Origin: the human T2T-CHM13v2.0 reference genome, Homo sapiens | Assembly (NCBI RefSeq): GCF_009914755.1 | Contig: NC_060927.1 | DNA length: 64,000 bases | Reading direction: 5' to 3' (one strand) | Shown: positions 43,009 through 64,000 of the stretch, piece by piece | Numbering within the stretch: the first letter of the stretch is position 1 | Layout: each line of letters begins with the position of its first letter | The notes under the pieces: model-generated | What the model saw: only the letters and a program-made list of their open reading frames with translations | Databases searched by the model: none | What the model was told of the DNA's origin: nothing | Translations under genes and position numbers: made by a program

Positions 43009-43343
43009 TTAATTCATAGTCTTGCTACGTTGCCCAGGCTGGTCTCCAACTCCTGGGCTCAAGTGGTCCTCCCGCCTTGGCCTCCCAAAGTGCTGGGATT
43101 ACAGGTGTGAGCCAGAAAAGTTTGTTTAAATTGTGCAAAAATATACATAACAAAATTTACCATTTTTATATTTTACTTACTTTTTATTTATTTCAATAGG
43201 TTTTTGGGGAACAGGTGGTGTTTGGTTTCATAAGTTCTTCAGTGGTGATTTCTGAGATTTGGTGCACCCATCACTCGAGCAGTGTACACGGTACCCAATG
43301 TGTGGTCTTTTATCTCTCGCCCCCTTCCCACCCTTTCCCCTGA

Positions 43344-43487
<144 letters not shown>

Positions 43488-43679
43488 TGAATAGCTGGGA
43501 CTACAGGCACATGCCACCAAGCCCAGCTAATTTTTGTATTTCTAGTAGAGACGGGGTTTCACCATGTTGGGCAGGATGGTCTCTATCTCTTGACCTCGTG
43601 ATTCGCCTGCCTCGGCCTCCCAAAGTGCTGGGATTACAGGCTTGAGCCACCGCACCCGGTCCACTCCGTGGCTTTCTTT

Positions 43680-46330
<2,651 letters not shown>

Positions 46331-47413
46331 TATTGGGGGAACCAGCCCCCAATATTTCAACGTAGGTTCTTTTCTATTTTCCCTAAGTGTCAGCTGGTCT
46401 GAGAAAAAAAGAGAAAGAGTACAAGAGAGAGAAATTTTACAGCTGGGCCTCCGGGGGTGACATCACGTGTCGGCAGGTTCTGTGACACCCACCTGAGCCG
46501 CAAAACCAGCAGGTTTTTATTAGGAATTTCAAAAGGGGAGGGGGTATGAATAGGGAGTGGGTCACAGAGATCACACGCTTCATTCAAATGGCAATAAAAG
46601 ATCACAAGGGCATAAGGGCAGAGCAAGCTCACAAGGCCAGGGCGAAATTAGAATTACTGATGAGGTTTCACGTCCCACTGTGCACGCATTGTCATTGATA
46701 AATATCTTAACAGGAAACAGGGTTCAAGAGCAGAGAACTGGTCTGACTACAATTCGCCAGGCTGGAATTTCCTAATCCTAGCAAGCCTGGGGGCGCCGCA
46801 GGAGAGCAGGGCGTTATTTCATCCCTTATCTTCAACCGCATGAGGCAGACAGCCCCAGAGCGGCCGTCCATGCCCCCCACCGGGAATGCGTTCCCTTCCC
46901 AGGGTGATTCCTTGCTGGGAAAAGAATGCAGCCATATTTCTCCTACTCGTTTTCTGCAATAAGAAAGATATGACGCTGTTCTGCCCGGCCCCGCAGGCAG
47001 TCAGACCTTATGGTTATCTCCCTTGTTCCCTGAACATCGCTGTTATCCTGTTCTTTTTCAGGGTGCCCAGATTTCATATTGTTCAAACACACGTTTTACA
47101 AACAATTTGTGCAGTTAACGCAATCATCACAGGGTCCTGAGGTGACATACATCCTCAGTTTACGAAGATGACGGGATTAAGAGATTAAAGTACAAACAGG
47201 CACAGGAAATTATGAGTCTTGACTGGGGAAGTGATACATGTCCATGAAATCTTCACAATTTATGTTCAGAGACTGCAGTAAAGACAGGCGTAAGAAATTA
47301 TAAAAGTATTAATTTGGGGAACTAATAAATGTCCATGAAATCCTCACAATTTATGTTCTTCTGCCGTGGCTTCAGCCGGTCCCTCCGTTCGGGGTCCCTG
47401 AGTTCCCACAACA
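46331..47413 (-). mobile_element. MER11 (HERV-K11/HML-8) solo LTR, length consistent with MER11C
   Basis: The reverse strand starts TGTTGTGGGAACTCAGGGACCCCGAACGGAGGGACC. 1083 bp, 6-bp TSD gttcat/attcat, inserted in an L1 3' end. Confidence 0.88.
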
Positions 47414-47678
47414 ATTCATCGCAAAAAAAAAAATGGTAAGAAGCTGGGCATGGTGGCGTGTGCCTGTGGTATCAACTACTTGGGAGGCTGAGGCAGGAGG
47501 ATCACTTGAGCTTGGCATGGGCAACCTACCAAGACCACATATCTAAAGAAATAAAATGTCTTTTCTGGTTCCACTTGAGGGTTGCATTTTTTTAAAAGCA
47601 GACTTTTTTTGTGAGATAATGTATATGGTAGCAAGCTTGATTTGGCCACTCCACATGTAAACATATTTCAAAACATCA

Positions 47679-48098
<420 letters not shown>

Positions 48099-48150
48099 TC
48101 ACAGATAACCAATAACAGGATTGAAGAAGGGGACATCATTATACATGTAA

Positions 48151-48282
<132 letters not shown>

Positions 48283-48301
48283 TGAAACCCCGTCTCTACT
48301 A

Positions 48302-48486
<185 letters not shown>

Positions 48487-49605
48487 CTAAGTTTGATTCT
48501 TTTAATTCTGAGTAGTATTCTATAGTATGGGTGTACTGTAATTTGTTTAACCATTTACCTGTGGAAGGAATCTGGCTTATTCCAGTTTTGAGCTATCACA
48601 AATAAAGCTGCTATAAATATGTGTCCAATATTTTTCTGGAATAAATGCCCAGGAGTGCAATTGCCAGATAATATGGGTAATACGGTAGTAGCATGGTTAG
48701 TTTTGTAAGAAACTGCCAAACTGTTTTCCAGAGTAGCTGTACCACTGTGCGTTCCCACCACCAATGTAGGAGTGACTCAGTTTCTCCACATACTCACCAG
48801 CATTTAGTATTGTCACTATTTTTTATATTAACCATTCTGATAAGTGCACATATTCATTTTAAAAAATATTTCATACAGATTTTGTTAGTATTCTGGAAGG
48901 ATAAGTTGATTTGCAACATGCTAAATGATACTGTAACCTATTAAACTCATTCTGTAATTGGTATTGAATCAGTTTTTTGACAGATAGGATCCAGACATCT
49001 AGATAGTTTTAATTTTATTTTTTTAATTTTTTTTTTTTTTTTTTTGAGACAGGGTCTTGCTCTGTTACCCAGGCTGGAGCACAGTGGCATGATCTTGGCT
49101 CACTGCAACCTCTGCTTCCTGGTTCAAGTGTTTCACCTCCCTCAGCCTCTTGAGTAGCTGGGATTACAGGCGCCAGCCACCAGGCCTGGCTAATTTTTTT
49201 ACTTTTAGTACAGACAACGGGGTTTCACCATGCTGGCCAGGCTGGTCTCGAACTCCTGACCTCAAGTGATCCACCAGCCTCAGCCTCCCAAAGTGTTGGG
49301 ATTACAGGCAGTAAGCCACTGTGCCCGGCCTAGATAGTTTTCAGATCAACAAAGGTGAATCTGATTTGCAACCAGGGTTATGAACCACTGGTCTCAGAAG
49401 ACGTAGCTTTGAGGGAAGTGGCCACAGTCAATGATGGGAAGAGACAATGGGAATACACAGTGGGATAGTAGAGATGAATGATGTTTCATAAACATAAACA
49501 AGGATGCCATGACCCTGGGAAATAACATTTTTTGGAAAATAATTTTTAAACTTTTGAAATTATTTTTTTCTTTTTTTGAGACAGAGTCTCGCTTTGTAGC
49601 CTTAG

Positions 49606-50069
<464 letters not shown>

Positions 50070-50383
50070 GAGATGGGGTTTCACCATGTTGGCCAGGCTG
50101 GTTTTGAACTCCTGGTCTCAAGTGATCTGCCCGCCTCGTCCTCCCAAAGTGCTGGGATTACAGGCATGAGCCAATGTGCTCAGCCCTGGAAATTTAAAAT
50201 AGATTGATTGTAAAGAAATCTACTTGGGCAAAAAAATTTTAAATTTGAATACTGAAATAATAATGGTTCCTTAGAGCCATAAAGTGTTTATTAACAAGAA
50301 ATACAGTTGATAAAAGATATGTATGATTGCCCAACTTACATAGAAAAGAAAAAAATGGAAAAAGTTCAGGTGGTGACTAGTCA

Positions 50384-50720
<337 letters not shown>

Positions 50721-50769
50721 TCAATCAATCAATCATCAATCGGCCCACCTAGGAAAATTGTGGATTGTG

Positions 50770-50783
50770 TCGCTAGGGGGCGC
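50770..50783 (+). promoter_or_regulatory. Candidate CTCF site
   Basis: TCGCTAGGGGGCGC, with CpGs retained in otherwise AT-rich sequence. Confidence 0.55.
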
Positions 50784-51491
50784 TGAACCTTTACAGAGCA
50801 ATTCAGGAAGGGAAAATTTAAAATTCTCAGAACCCTACATATAACACCTCTCTATAAAAGACAAGGAACACCAAGCAGAAAATTAGAGTATGTTATTTTA
50901 AAAAGAGCAAATCTAAGAGTAAGACATTTAGGAGAAGGAGAAAGAGTTCTGCCCAGTGCCTCCTCTGCCTTACTCTGGTAAGAGGAAGGCAAACAGCCTT
51001 TTCCAAACAGCCCGGCCTCTCCGGTGGGTTCTGTCACATGCCAGCAAGAATCCTGACTAATACCAGAAGCGACGTGCTATTTGGAGAACTGGTGGTCATG
51101 TCACCCAAACGGCTAGTCAGAGCCAGTCAAGGCGGATAAGGTCTGAGTAGTCAAACTTGCTCACCGTCTTGTGCTCCCCACCTGGATTATGAAATCGGGA
51201 TCCACCCAGTCACTGAGGCCAGAAACCTGGGCTCCATTTTCCACTCCAATATCTCTTACTGATAATTTCACTAGCTTTTCTACCTGGCTACCTTAGAATT
51301 TAGACTGAAAAATCCTTGTGCTCCATCAGAATAACTGCTTCTGCAGCAAACTGAGTTCTAACCTTTCTACCTTCTCCACATTTCCCAGTATCACCATTGA
51401 CCAAGTCCTGGTCTCGAAATCCTACAGGCCCCTCAAGAGAATTTTTAGGACACTATCTACAAGTCTATGAACTCAAGCTGGAGTATTGTGT

Positions 51492-51550
51492 CTCCTCCTC
51501 CTCCTCCTTCTTCCTCCTCCTCCTCCTCCTCCTTCTCCTCCTCCTTCTCC
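51492..51550. repeat. (CTC)n/(CTT) trinucleotide tract in an Alu-monomer tail
   Basis: Seen directly. Confidence 0.85.
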
Positions 51551-52104
51551 GACAGGGTCTCCTTGTCTTGTCCAGGTTGGAATACAGTGGCACAGTCATA
51601 GCTCACTGCAGCCTTGAACTCCTGGGCTCAAGCGATCCTCCAGTCTCAGCCTCTCAGAGTGCTGAGATTACAGGTGTGAGACACCATACTGGGCTGAGTA
51701 TTGTATATTTCTTTCTTTCTTTATTTCTTTTTTTTTTTTTTTTTTTGAGACATGGTCTCATTCTGTCACCCAGGCTGGAGCGCAGTGGTGTGATCTCGGC
51801 TCACTGCAACCTCAACCTCCTGGACTCTAGTGATCCTCCCACCTCTCAGCCTCTTGAGTAGCTGAAATTAAATGCCTGGCTAATTTTTGTATTTTTGTAG
51901 AGATAGGGTTTTTGCCATGTTGTCTAGGTCGGTCTCAAACTCCTGAAGTCAAGCGATCTGCCTGCCTTGGTCTCCCAAAGTGCTAGGATTACAGGAGTGA
52001 GCCACCGTATCAAGGCTATGAGCACTGTACACCTTCTAAAAGAAAAAATTATTACACTTTCAAGATCGATTACAATTATTATACTAAAATTGTTTTTAGC
52101 ATAA

Positions 52105-52428
<324 letters not shown>

Positions 52429-53039
52429 TGAGCCACCGCGCCCGGCCAGGTGTAAATTTCTTATGCTTATAGCTCTTATGCAACTATAAGAGCAAAACAA
52501 ACCTACGTATTAAATACAAAACAAATTACAAGTAATAAAGTTAAATTGACAGCATTAACATACTATGATGGCTGATGCTGCTTTGTTGAAGCTAAGTCAT
52601 CTCTCACATCATAGATTTCACAAAGCTGCTTTACAGCAGGTTCTTTTGCATTTGGCAAGTTGATACTACCTTGGGCAGAGAAATGACTCAATCATAAAAT
52701 TTTTCTCTAATTGAATTACACCCATCACTTGGTTTATGCATTCTCAGTTTATAAATTTTAGATGAAAAAAATCTGAATATATATACCTGTCATTTATTTT
52801 AAAAATTTTAGATGTTGTTTGTTTTCAAACCGAAGATACTCTATGATATGTTATGGAAGATACATTCTTCCGTCACTTCTCCTACCACCGTGATGAATAG
52901 AGAACTGATGGTGGAACACTGGGGAAAGAGGTTATTGGCCCTTGTTTTGAGTGACTGTTAACTCTGGGGGGACTGTGTCTGCTGAGAAACCAGTCAAGGT
53001 GTTTCTGTTGAACACATGCCCAGTTCAAACTCTGGCTAG

Positions 53040-53366
<327 letters not shown>

Positions 53367-53531
53367 TGATCCACCCACCTAGGCCTCCAAAAGTGCTGGG
53401 ATTACAGGCGTGAGCAACCACACCCGGCCTGTATTACTATTTCTAACATCATAACTTCAAACGAGACAAAGAAAAGATGGAAAAAGTATTAATTTAAGTT
53501 GTGAAGCCTAATTTTAAAAATCCTTATTTTA

Positions 53532-54445
<914 letters not shown>

Positions 54446-55674
54446 TTAAGTGAAAAATTAGTAGAATTAAAGTAAATCAAGACAATATAAACATTAATGG
54501 TGGTGAAAGCTTGAAGCTCTAGTACAAGAGATTTGGGGTAGTAATAGGTCCAGAAAAAGCAGTAAGACACTTGTCTTGAAACTGCACTTTGTAGCAAGCA
54601 ACCTTTAAAAAACTTAAGTTTTCAGCCCCGATTCAGTGGCTCACACTTATAATCCTAGCACTTTGGGAGGCTGAGCCCAGAGGATTGTTTGAGGCCAGGA
54701 GTTCAAGACCAGCCTGGGCAACATAGCAAGACCCCATCTCTAATTTTAAAAAATAAAAATAAATTAGTTTTGAGATATAACTTACATACAATAAAATTCA
54801 ATAATTTAAAAAGTATGGCTTAGTGAGCTCTGACAAATGTTTACAGTCATATAATGACTGCCACAATCATGATAAAGACCACAGAATATCCCCCATCACC
54901 CTGAAAACTTCCCTTGTACTTCTTTGCAGCCAATCCTATACCCTGCCTCTGACCCCTGGAAACCTCTGAGCTGCTTTCTGTTTTGCCTTTTCCAGAATGT
55001 CATATAAATAGAATCATATAGTATTTGGATATAAATGGAATCATTAGTATTTAGTCTGCTAGGCATATACTTGCTTCTTTCACATACCACAATGCTTTTG
55101 AGATTTGTCCATGTTCTTGCCTGTGTCCACAATCTGTTCCTTTTATTGCTCAATAGTATTCCATTGCACGGACACACTGTGAGTGGTTGAACAGTTGAGG
55201 GACATTTGTGTTATTTCCAATTTGGCTATTATGAACAAAGTAGCTATAAACATTTGGGTCAAGAATTTTGTGTGAACGTATTTTTTCATTTCCCTTTAAA
55301 ATTTTTTTATTATTTCTTTTTCTTTTCTTAAAAATCCCAAATGTGATAGTATTTTATTTTTCTTGAGTAAATACCTAAAAATAGAATTGCTAGGTCATAT
55401 TATAAGCATATGTTTAGCTTTAAAAGTGGCCCAACTGCTTTCCAAAGCGGCTGTACCATTTTGCATTCCTACTAACGATGTGTGAGAGTTCCCGTTGCTC
55501 CGCATTCCTGTCAACATTGTCAGTCTTTATAAGTGTAGCCATTCTAGTGGGTGTATACAGGTGTTACATTGTAGTTTTAATTTGCATTTACCTAATGACT
55601 ATTCATGTCATGCACCTTTTCATGTACTTATTGGCCATTTATATATCCATATTGGTGAGGTGTCCAAATCTTTT

Positions 55675-55810
55675 TTTTTTTTAATTATACTTAAAGTTTT
55701 AGGGTACATGTGCACATTGTGCAGGTTAGTTACATATGTATACATGTGCCATGCTGGTGCACTGCACCCACTAACTCGTCATCTAGCATTAGGTATATCT
55801 CCCAATGCTA
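55675..55810 (-). mobile_element. Severely 5'-truncated young L1 (L1PA2-like 3' end)
   Basis: Poly-T followed by ...gggtacatgtgcacattgtgcagg...cccactaactcgtcatctagc (ancestral GAG, not the Ta ACA). TSD gaggtgtccaaatctttt/gaggtatccaaatctttt. Confidence 0.9.
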
Positions 55811-55838
55811 GAGGTATCCAAATCTTTTGCCCATTTTT

Positions 55839-56875
55839 TTTTTTTTAATTTTTATTTTTATTGATCATTCTTGGGTGTTTCTCACAGAGGGGGATTTGGC
55901 AGGGTCATGGGACAATAGTGGAGGGAAGGTCAGCAGATAAACAAGTGAACAAAGGTCTCTGATTTTCCTAGGCAGAGGACCCTGCGGCCTTCCGCAGTGT
56001 TTGTGTCCCTGGGTACTTGAGATTAGGGAGTGGTGATGACTCTCAACGAGCATGCTGCCTTCAAGCATCTGTTTAACAAAGCACATCTTGCACCGCCCTT
56101 AATCTATTTAACCCTGAGTGGATACAGCACATGTTTCAGAGAGCACAGGGTTGGGGGTAAGGTCACAGATCAACAGGATCCCAAGGCAGAAGAATTTTTC
56201 TTAGTAAAGAACAAAATGAAAAGTCTCCCATGTCTACTTCTTTCCACACAGACACGGCAACCATCCAATTTCTCAATCTTTTCCCCACCTTTCCCCGCTT
56301 TCTATTCCACAAAACCGCCATTGTCATCATGGCCCGTTCTCAATGAGCTGTTGGGTACACCTCCCAGACGGGGTGGTGGCCGGGCAGAGGGGCTCCTCAC
56401 TTCCCAGTAGGGGCGGCCGGGCAGAGGCGCCCCTCACGTCCCGGACGGGGCGGCTGGCCGGGCAGGGGGCTGACCCCCACCTCCCTCCCGGACGGGGCAG
56501 CTGCCGGGCGGAGACACTCCTCACTTCCCAGACGGGGTGGCTGCCGGGCGGAGGGTCTCCTCCCTTCTCAGATGGGGCGGCTGGGCAGAGACGCTCCTCA
56601 CCTCCCAGACGGCGTCGCGGCAGGGAAGAGGCGCTCCTCACATCCCAGACGGGGCGGCGGGGCGGAGGCGCTCCCCACATCTCAGACGATGGGCGGCCGG
56701 GCAGAGACGCTCCTCACTTCCTAGATGGGATGGCGGCCGGGAAGAGACGCTCCTCACTTTCCAGACTGGGCAGCCAGGCAGAGGGGCTCCTCACATCCCA
56801 GACGATGGGCGGCCAGGCAGAGACGCTCCTCACTTCCCAGACGGGGTGGCGGCCGGGCAGAGGCTGCACTCTGGA
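55839..56875 (-). mobile_element. 5'-truncated SVA (SINE-R plus VNTR)
   Basis: Poly-T, HERV-K-derived SINE-R (ttgatcattcttgggtgtttctc...), GC-rich VNTR at ~56360-56860, 15-bp TSD cttttgcccattttt. Confidence 0.93.
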
Positions 56876-56941
56876 CTTTTGCCCATTTTTAAATTAGGTT
56901 TTTTGTCTTCTTTTTAAGTTGTAAGAGTTCCATATGTATAG

Positions 56942-57319
<378 letters not shown>

Positions 57320-58476
57320 TAGGATTACAGGCGTGAGCCACCACACTTGGCCAGCTTTTCATTTTCTTAATAGTTTTTTTTTGGAAGAACAAAACTTTTC
57401 CACTTTGATAAGGTCCAATTTTCCAATTTTTTCTTTTACGCTTCATGTTTTTTGTGTCTTAAGAAGTCTTTGCTGAATGCAAGGTCGCAAAGATCTTCTT
57501 TTATGTTTCCTACATTTTAGAGCATTAGCTCTTATTTTTAGTTTTATGACCCATTACTTATGATGTAACAGTTGAGGTTCATTTTTTGGCATATGGCTTC
57601 CAATTGTTCCAGCAATACTTGTTAGAAAGACTAAAATTTCCCCCATTGAATAACCCTGGTACCTTTGCTAAAAATCTGTTTGCCATGAACGTGTAAGCCT
57701 GTAAGCATATGAAGGGATGCAGAACATCATCAGTAATTAGGGAAATGCAAATTGAAACTACAGTAAGATTCTACTTCATACCCACTCAGAAAACTATAAT
57801 TAAAAAAAGACAGGCTGCTGGGAATGTAAAATGGTGTAGTCACTTTAGAAAGCCATCTGGCAGTTCCTCAAAATATGAACACATATTTACCATATGACCC
57901 ATTAGTTTCACTCCTAGGTATATACTTGTTCATAGCAGCATTATTCAGAATACCTCAAAAACAGAAACAGTCCACATACTCATCAGCTAATGAGAAGATA
58001 AACAAATTGTGGTATAGTATATGAGTACAATGGAATATTATTCAGCCCTAAAAAGGAATGAAGTACTGATGCATGCTAAAACATTATCGTGAAAACATAA
58101 TGCTAAGTGAAAGAAGCCGGCCTGAAGAAACTTCATATTACATGAGTCAATGTATATGAAATGTCTGGAGTTGGCAAACTACAGAGACAGAAAGTAGAGT
58201 AACAGTTGCCTAGGGTAGGGGTGAAGTGGTGGTATAAGGTGAAATGGGAAGTAATTGCTAATGGGTTCCAATTGTTTCCAGTGAGGTTTCTTTTTGGGAG
58301 AAGATAATTTTTTTCTTCTTTTTTTTTTAGACAGTCTGTCTCTGTCACCCAGGCTGGGAGTGCAGTGGCACGATCTTGGCTCACTGCATCTTCTGCCTCC
58401 TGGGCTAAAGCAATCCTCCTGCCCTCAGCCTCCCAAGTAGCTGGGACCACCAGCACGCACCACCACGCTCAGCTAA

Positions 58477-58477
<1 letters not shown>

Positions 58478-58518
<41 letters not shown>
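58478..58518. repeat. (TG)n microsatellite
   Basis: About 20 TG units. Confidence 0.95.
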
Positions 58519-58522
<4 letters not shown>

Positions 58523-59366
58523 TTTGTTTTGGTAGGAGAGGGTTCTCCCAGGCTAGGGGAGAGGAATTTTCTAAAACTAGGTTGTGGTGATGCTGCACGA
58601 CCCTCTCAATTTATTAAAAGCCATCGACTTGTATACTTTATTTTTTCTGTGAACTTTGTAGAGAAGTAGATTTGTGTACTTTAAGTGGGTAAATTATATG
58701 GCATGTGAATTATGCCTCAATAAGGCAGTTTTTAAAATCAAAAAATGTATAATTGTTGAATTTAAAAGATTGTTCCGGCTGGGCATGGTGGCTCATGCCT
58801 GTAACAGCACTTGGGGAGGCTGAGGTGAGAGGATCACTTGAGCCTACAAGGTCGAGGCTGCAGTGAGCCATGATCGTGCCACACACTCCAGCTTGGGCAA
58901 CAGAGCAAGACCTCGTCTCAAAATAAAATAGTTTTGTTCCTTAAAGTTATATTCTTGTTTCCACTACTACTATGAAACAATTATTTCCAGTGTTTGAAAC
59001 GGCAGCTGTGTGTCTTCTCTCTGACATTGTTAAAATTTTTTCTAAAGTCACAGCACACACACACACACAGGCATACTAAGAAAGAAAGAAAAGTTTAGTA
59101 AGTAAGTTTAGTAAGTTTCATTGATGGGTCAATTACATAAAGAAACAGCAAGTGAAGTAAAAATAAAGTACACTGGAGAACCTGCAGACCACTGGGAATC
59201 CCAACTGACCTGAGTTTCAATCTGGTTGCTCCCCTGACGCATGGGTGTCACCTGACCAGTGAGAGTATGGAACTGCTGCCTCCTCCCCAAGCCTCTCCTG
59301 TACAGGAAGACTTCAGTCCTGTAGCCTTCCCAGTTCTCCTGCATATCATCCTGTGTTTTTATATTA

Positions 59367-59846
<480 letters not shown>

Positions 59847-60715
59847 TTACATATTTGACAGTGCATTCATAGAAATTCTAAGTACTTAGTAGCTAAACGT
59901 AAAAAAAGTGCACTTAATTTTTAGGCCACTACATACCTGTGACCAGTTGTGTCAACATTTGTAAATCAATAGGACTTGTATTTACTTGACCACTCCACGC
60001 TCTGGATGCTTCTTTATTCACTGACTAGAATTACAGGAAAATCGTGCCCAAGTAAACTTCGGGTTCAAGCGGTTTTTTTGGCTATGGAGAGGACTTGATT
60101 AGAGATTCAGCCCCAGCCCAGCCCCTTTCCTCACCAAGAGTAAGGGAATAGCAGGGGCTCTCCTTAAGTACTGGGGAGGTGGTCTGTATTTTTCCTGCAT
60201 GCTCTCCTGGGCCTAGATTCAATCTTGCTCCTCTGGCTGGATATGACCCAGGTGGTAGTGGTGATGGCAGCGTATCTTGTTCACTCCAGCTGAGACTCTA
60301 CACTATTCCATAATGCCCCTCTGGCCTAGCAACTTAGTCTCTAAGTGAACTCTAGCTCAGTGAAAGGGACAATCTTCCCCAGCTGGGAATATCCCGCAGG
60401 AAGAGGGTTGACTAGAAAGAAGGCCTGTCTCTGCTCAAACCCCAGACTGAGCTACAGGTTTCTCTTGTCCCCAGCCTCTCACCTCCATAAGCCCTGCTCA
60501 TGGCTGCTGAGGGGCTTGTCTTCTGACCAGTTCTGGCTGCTACCCTCTCCTGCCACCAGGGCTTTTGTGCAGTAAGGATGGCATGAGGCATAATTGCTAG
60601 TCAAGACCAAGAATGTGAGTTATTGCTAAGTTTCTCATACATGATATCAGTATTATGGTTATACTGGAAAATGTCCTTTTTTAGGAGACGCATGCTGAAG
60701 TTTTGAGATCAAGTG

Positions 60716-63790
<3,075 letters not shown>

Positions 63791-64000
63791 AAGTGTCAAG
63801 GTACCTCACTTTCAAATAGTTCAGCAAACAAGACACACACACATACATACATACAAAACATATGTGCTGTGCATTACTGTTTTTCACTAATTCTTTCCTT
63901 GTAAATAGGAAAATTGTGGTCAAGGGAGAGCTGGTCATAGGCTGATGGCACCAGAACTACACGATTCTGCCAGAATGTGACTGATTAATCCTGAAAAGTA

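Noticed and set aside
55675-55810. Active L1HS-Ta insertion
   Set aside because: It has the ancestral GAG rather than the ACA diagnostic, and its TSD copies already differ by one base.
56030-56917. Overlapping 117-184 aa ORFs
   Set aside because: Stop-poor SVA SINE-R and VNTR sequence.

Overview
Human genomic DNA, very Alu-dense. The gene content matches the RNF168-SMCO1 interval on 3q29 (recognised from memory). Minus strand: RNF168 exons 1-3 with its CpG-island promoter, and the complete 3-exon SMCO1 gene (214 aa). Also present: a 38x37-bp minisatellite in SMCO1 intron 1; a rearranged, 3'-truncated ERV1 provirus (tRNA-Pro PBS, decayed gag-pro-pol) with a nested LTR13 solo LTR; a decayed NAA50 processed pseudogene whose 5' end is a CpG island with a CTCF motif; an RPS29 retrocopy with an open ORF inside an Alu; a MER11 LTR; adjacent young L1 and SVA insertions; and a full THE1 element. 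No prokaryotic-type system or CRISPR array is present. The most unusual signal is a set of short templated insertions without poly-A tails, three with a donor 2-4 kb away. One of them lacks almost exactly a GT..AG segment of its donor. Repeat subfamily names come from remembered consensus sequences and need RepeatMasker/Dfam confirmation.
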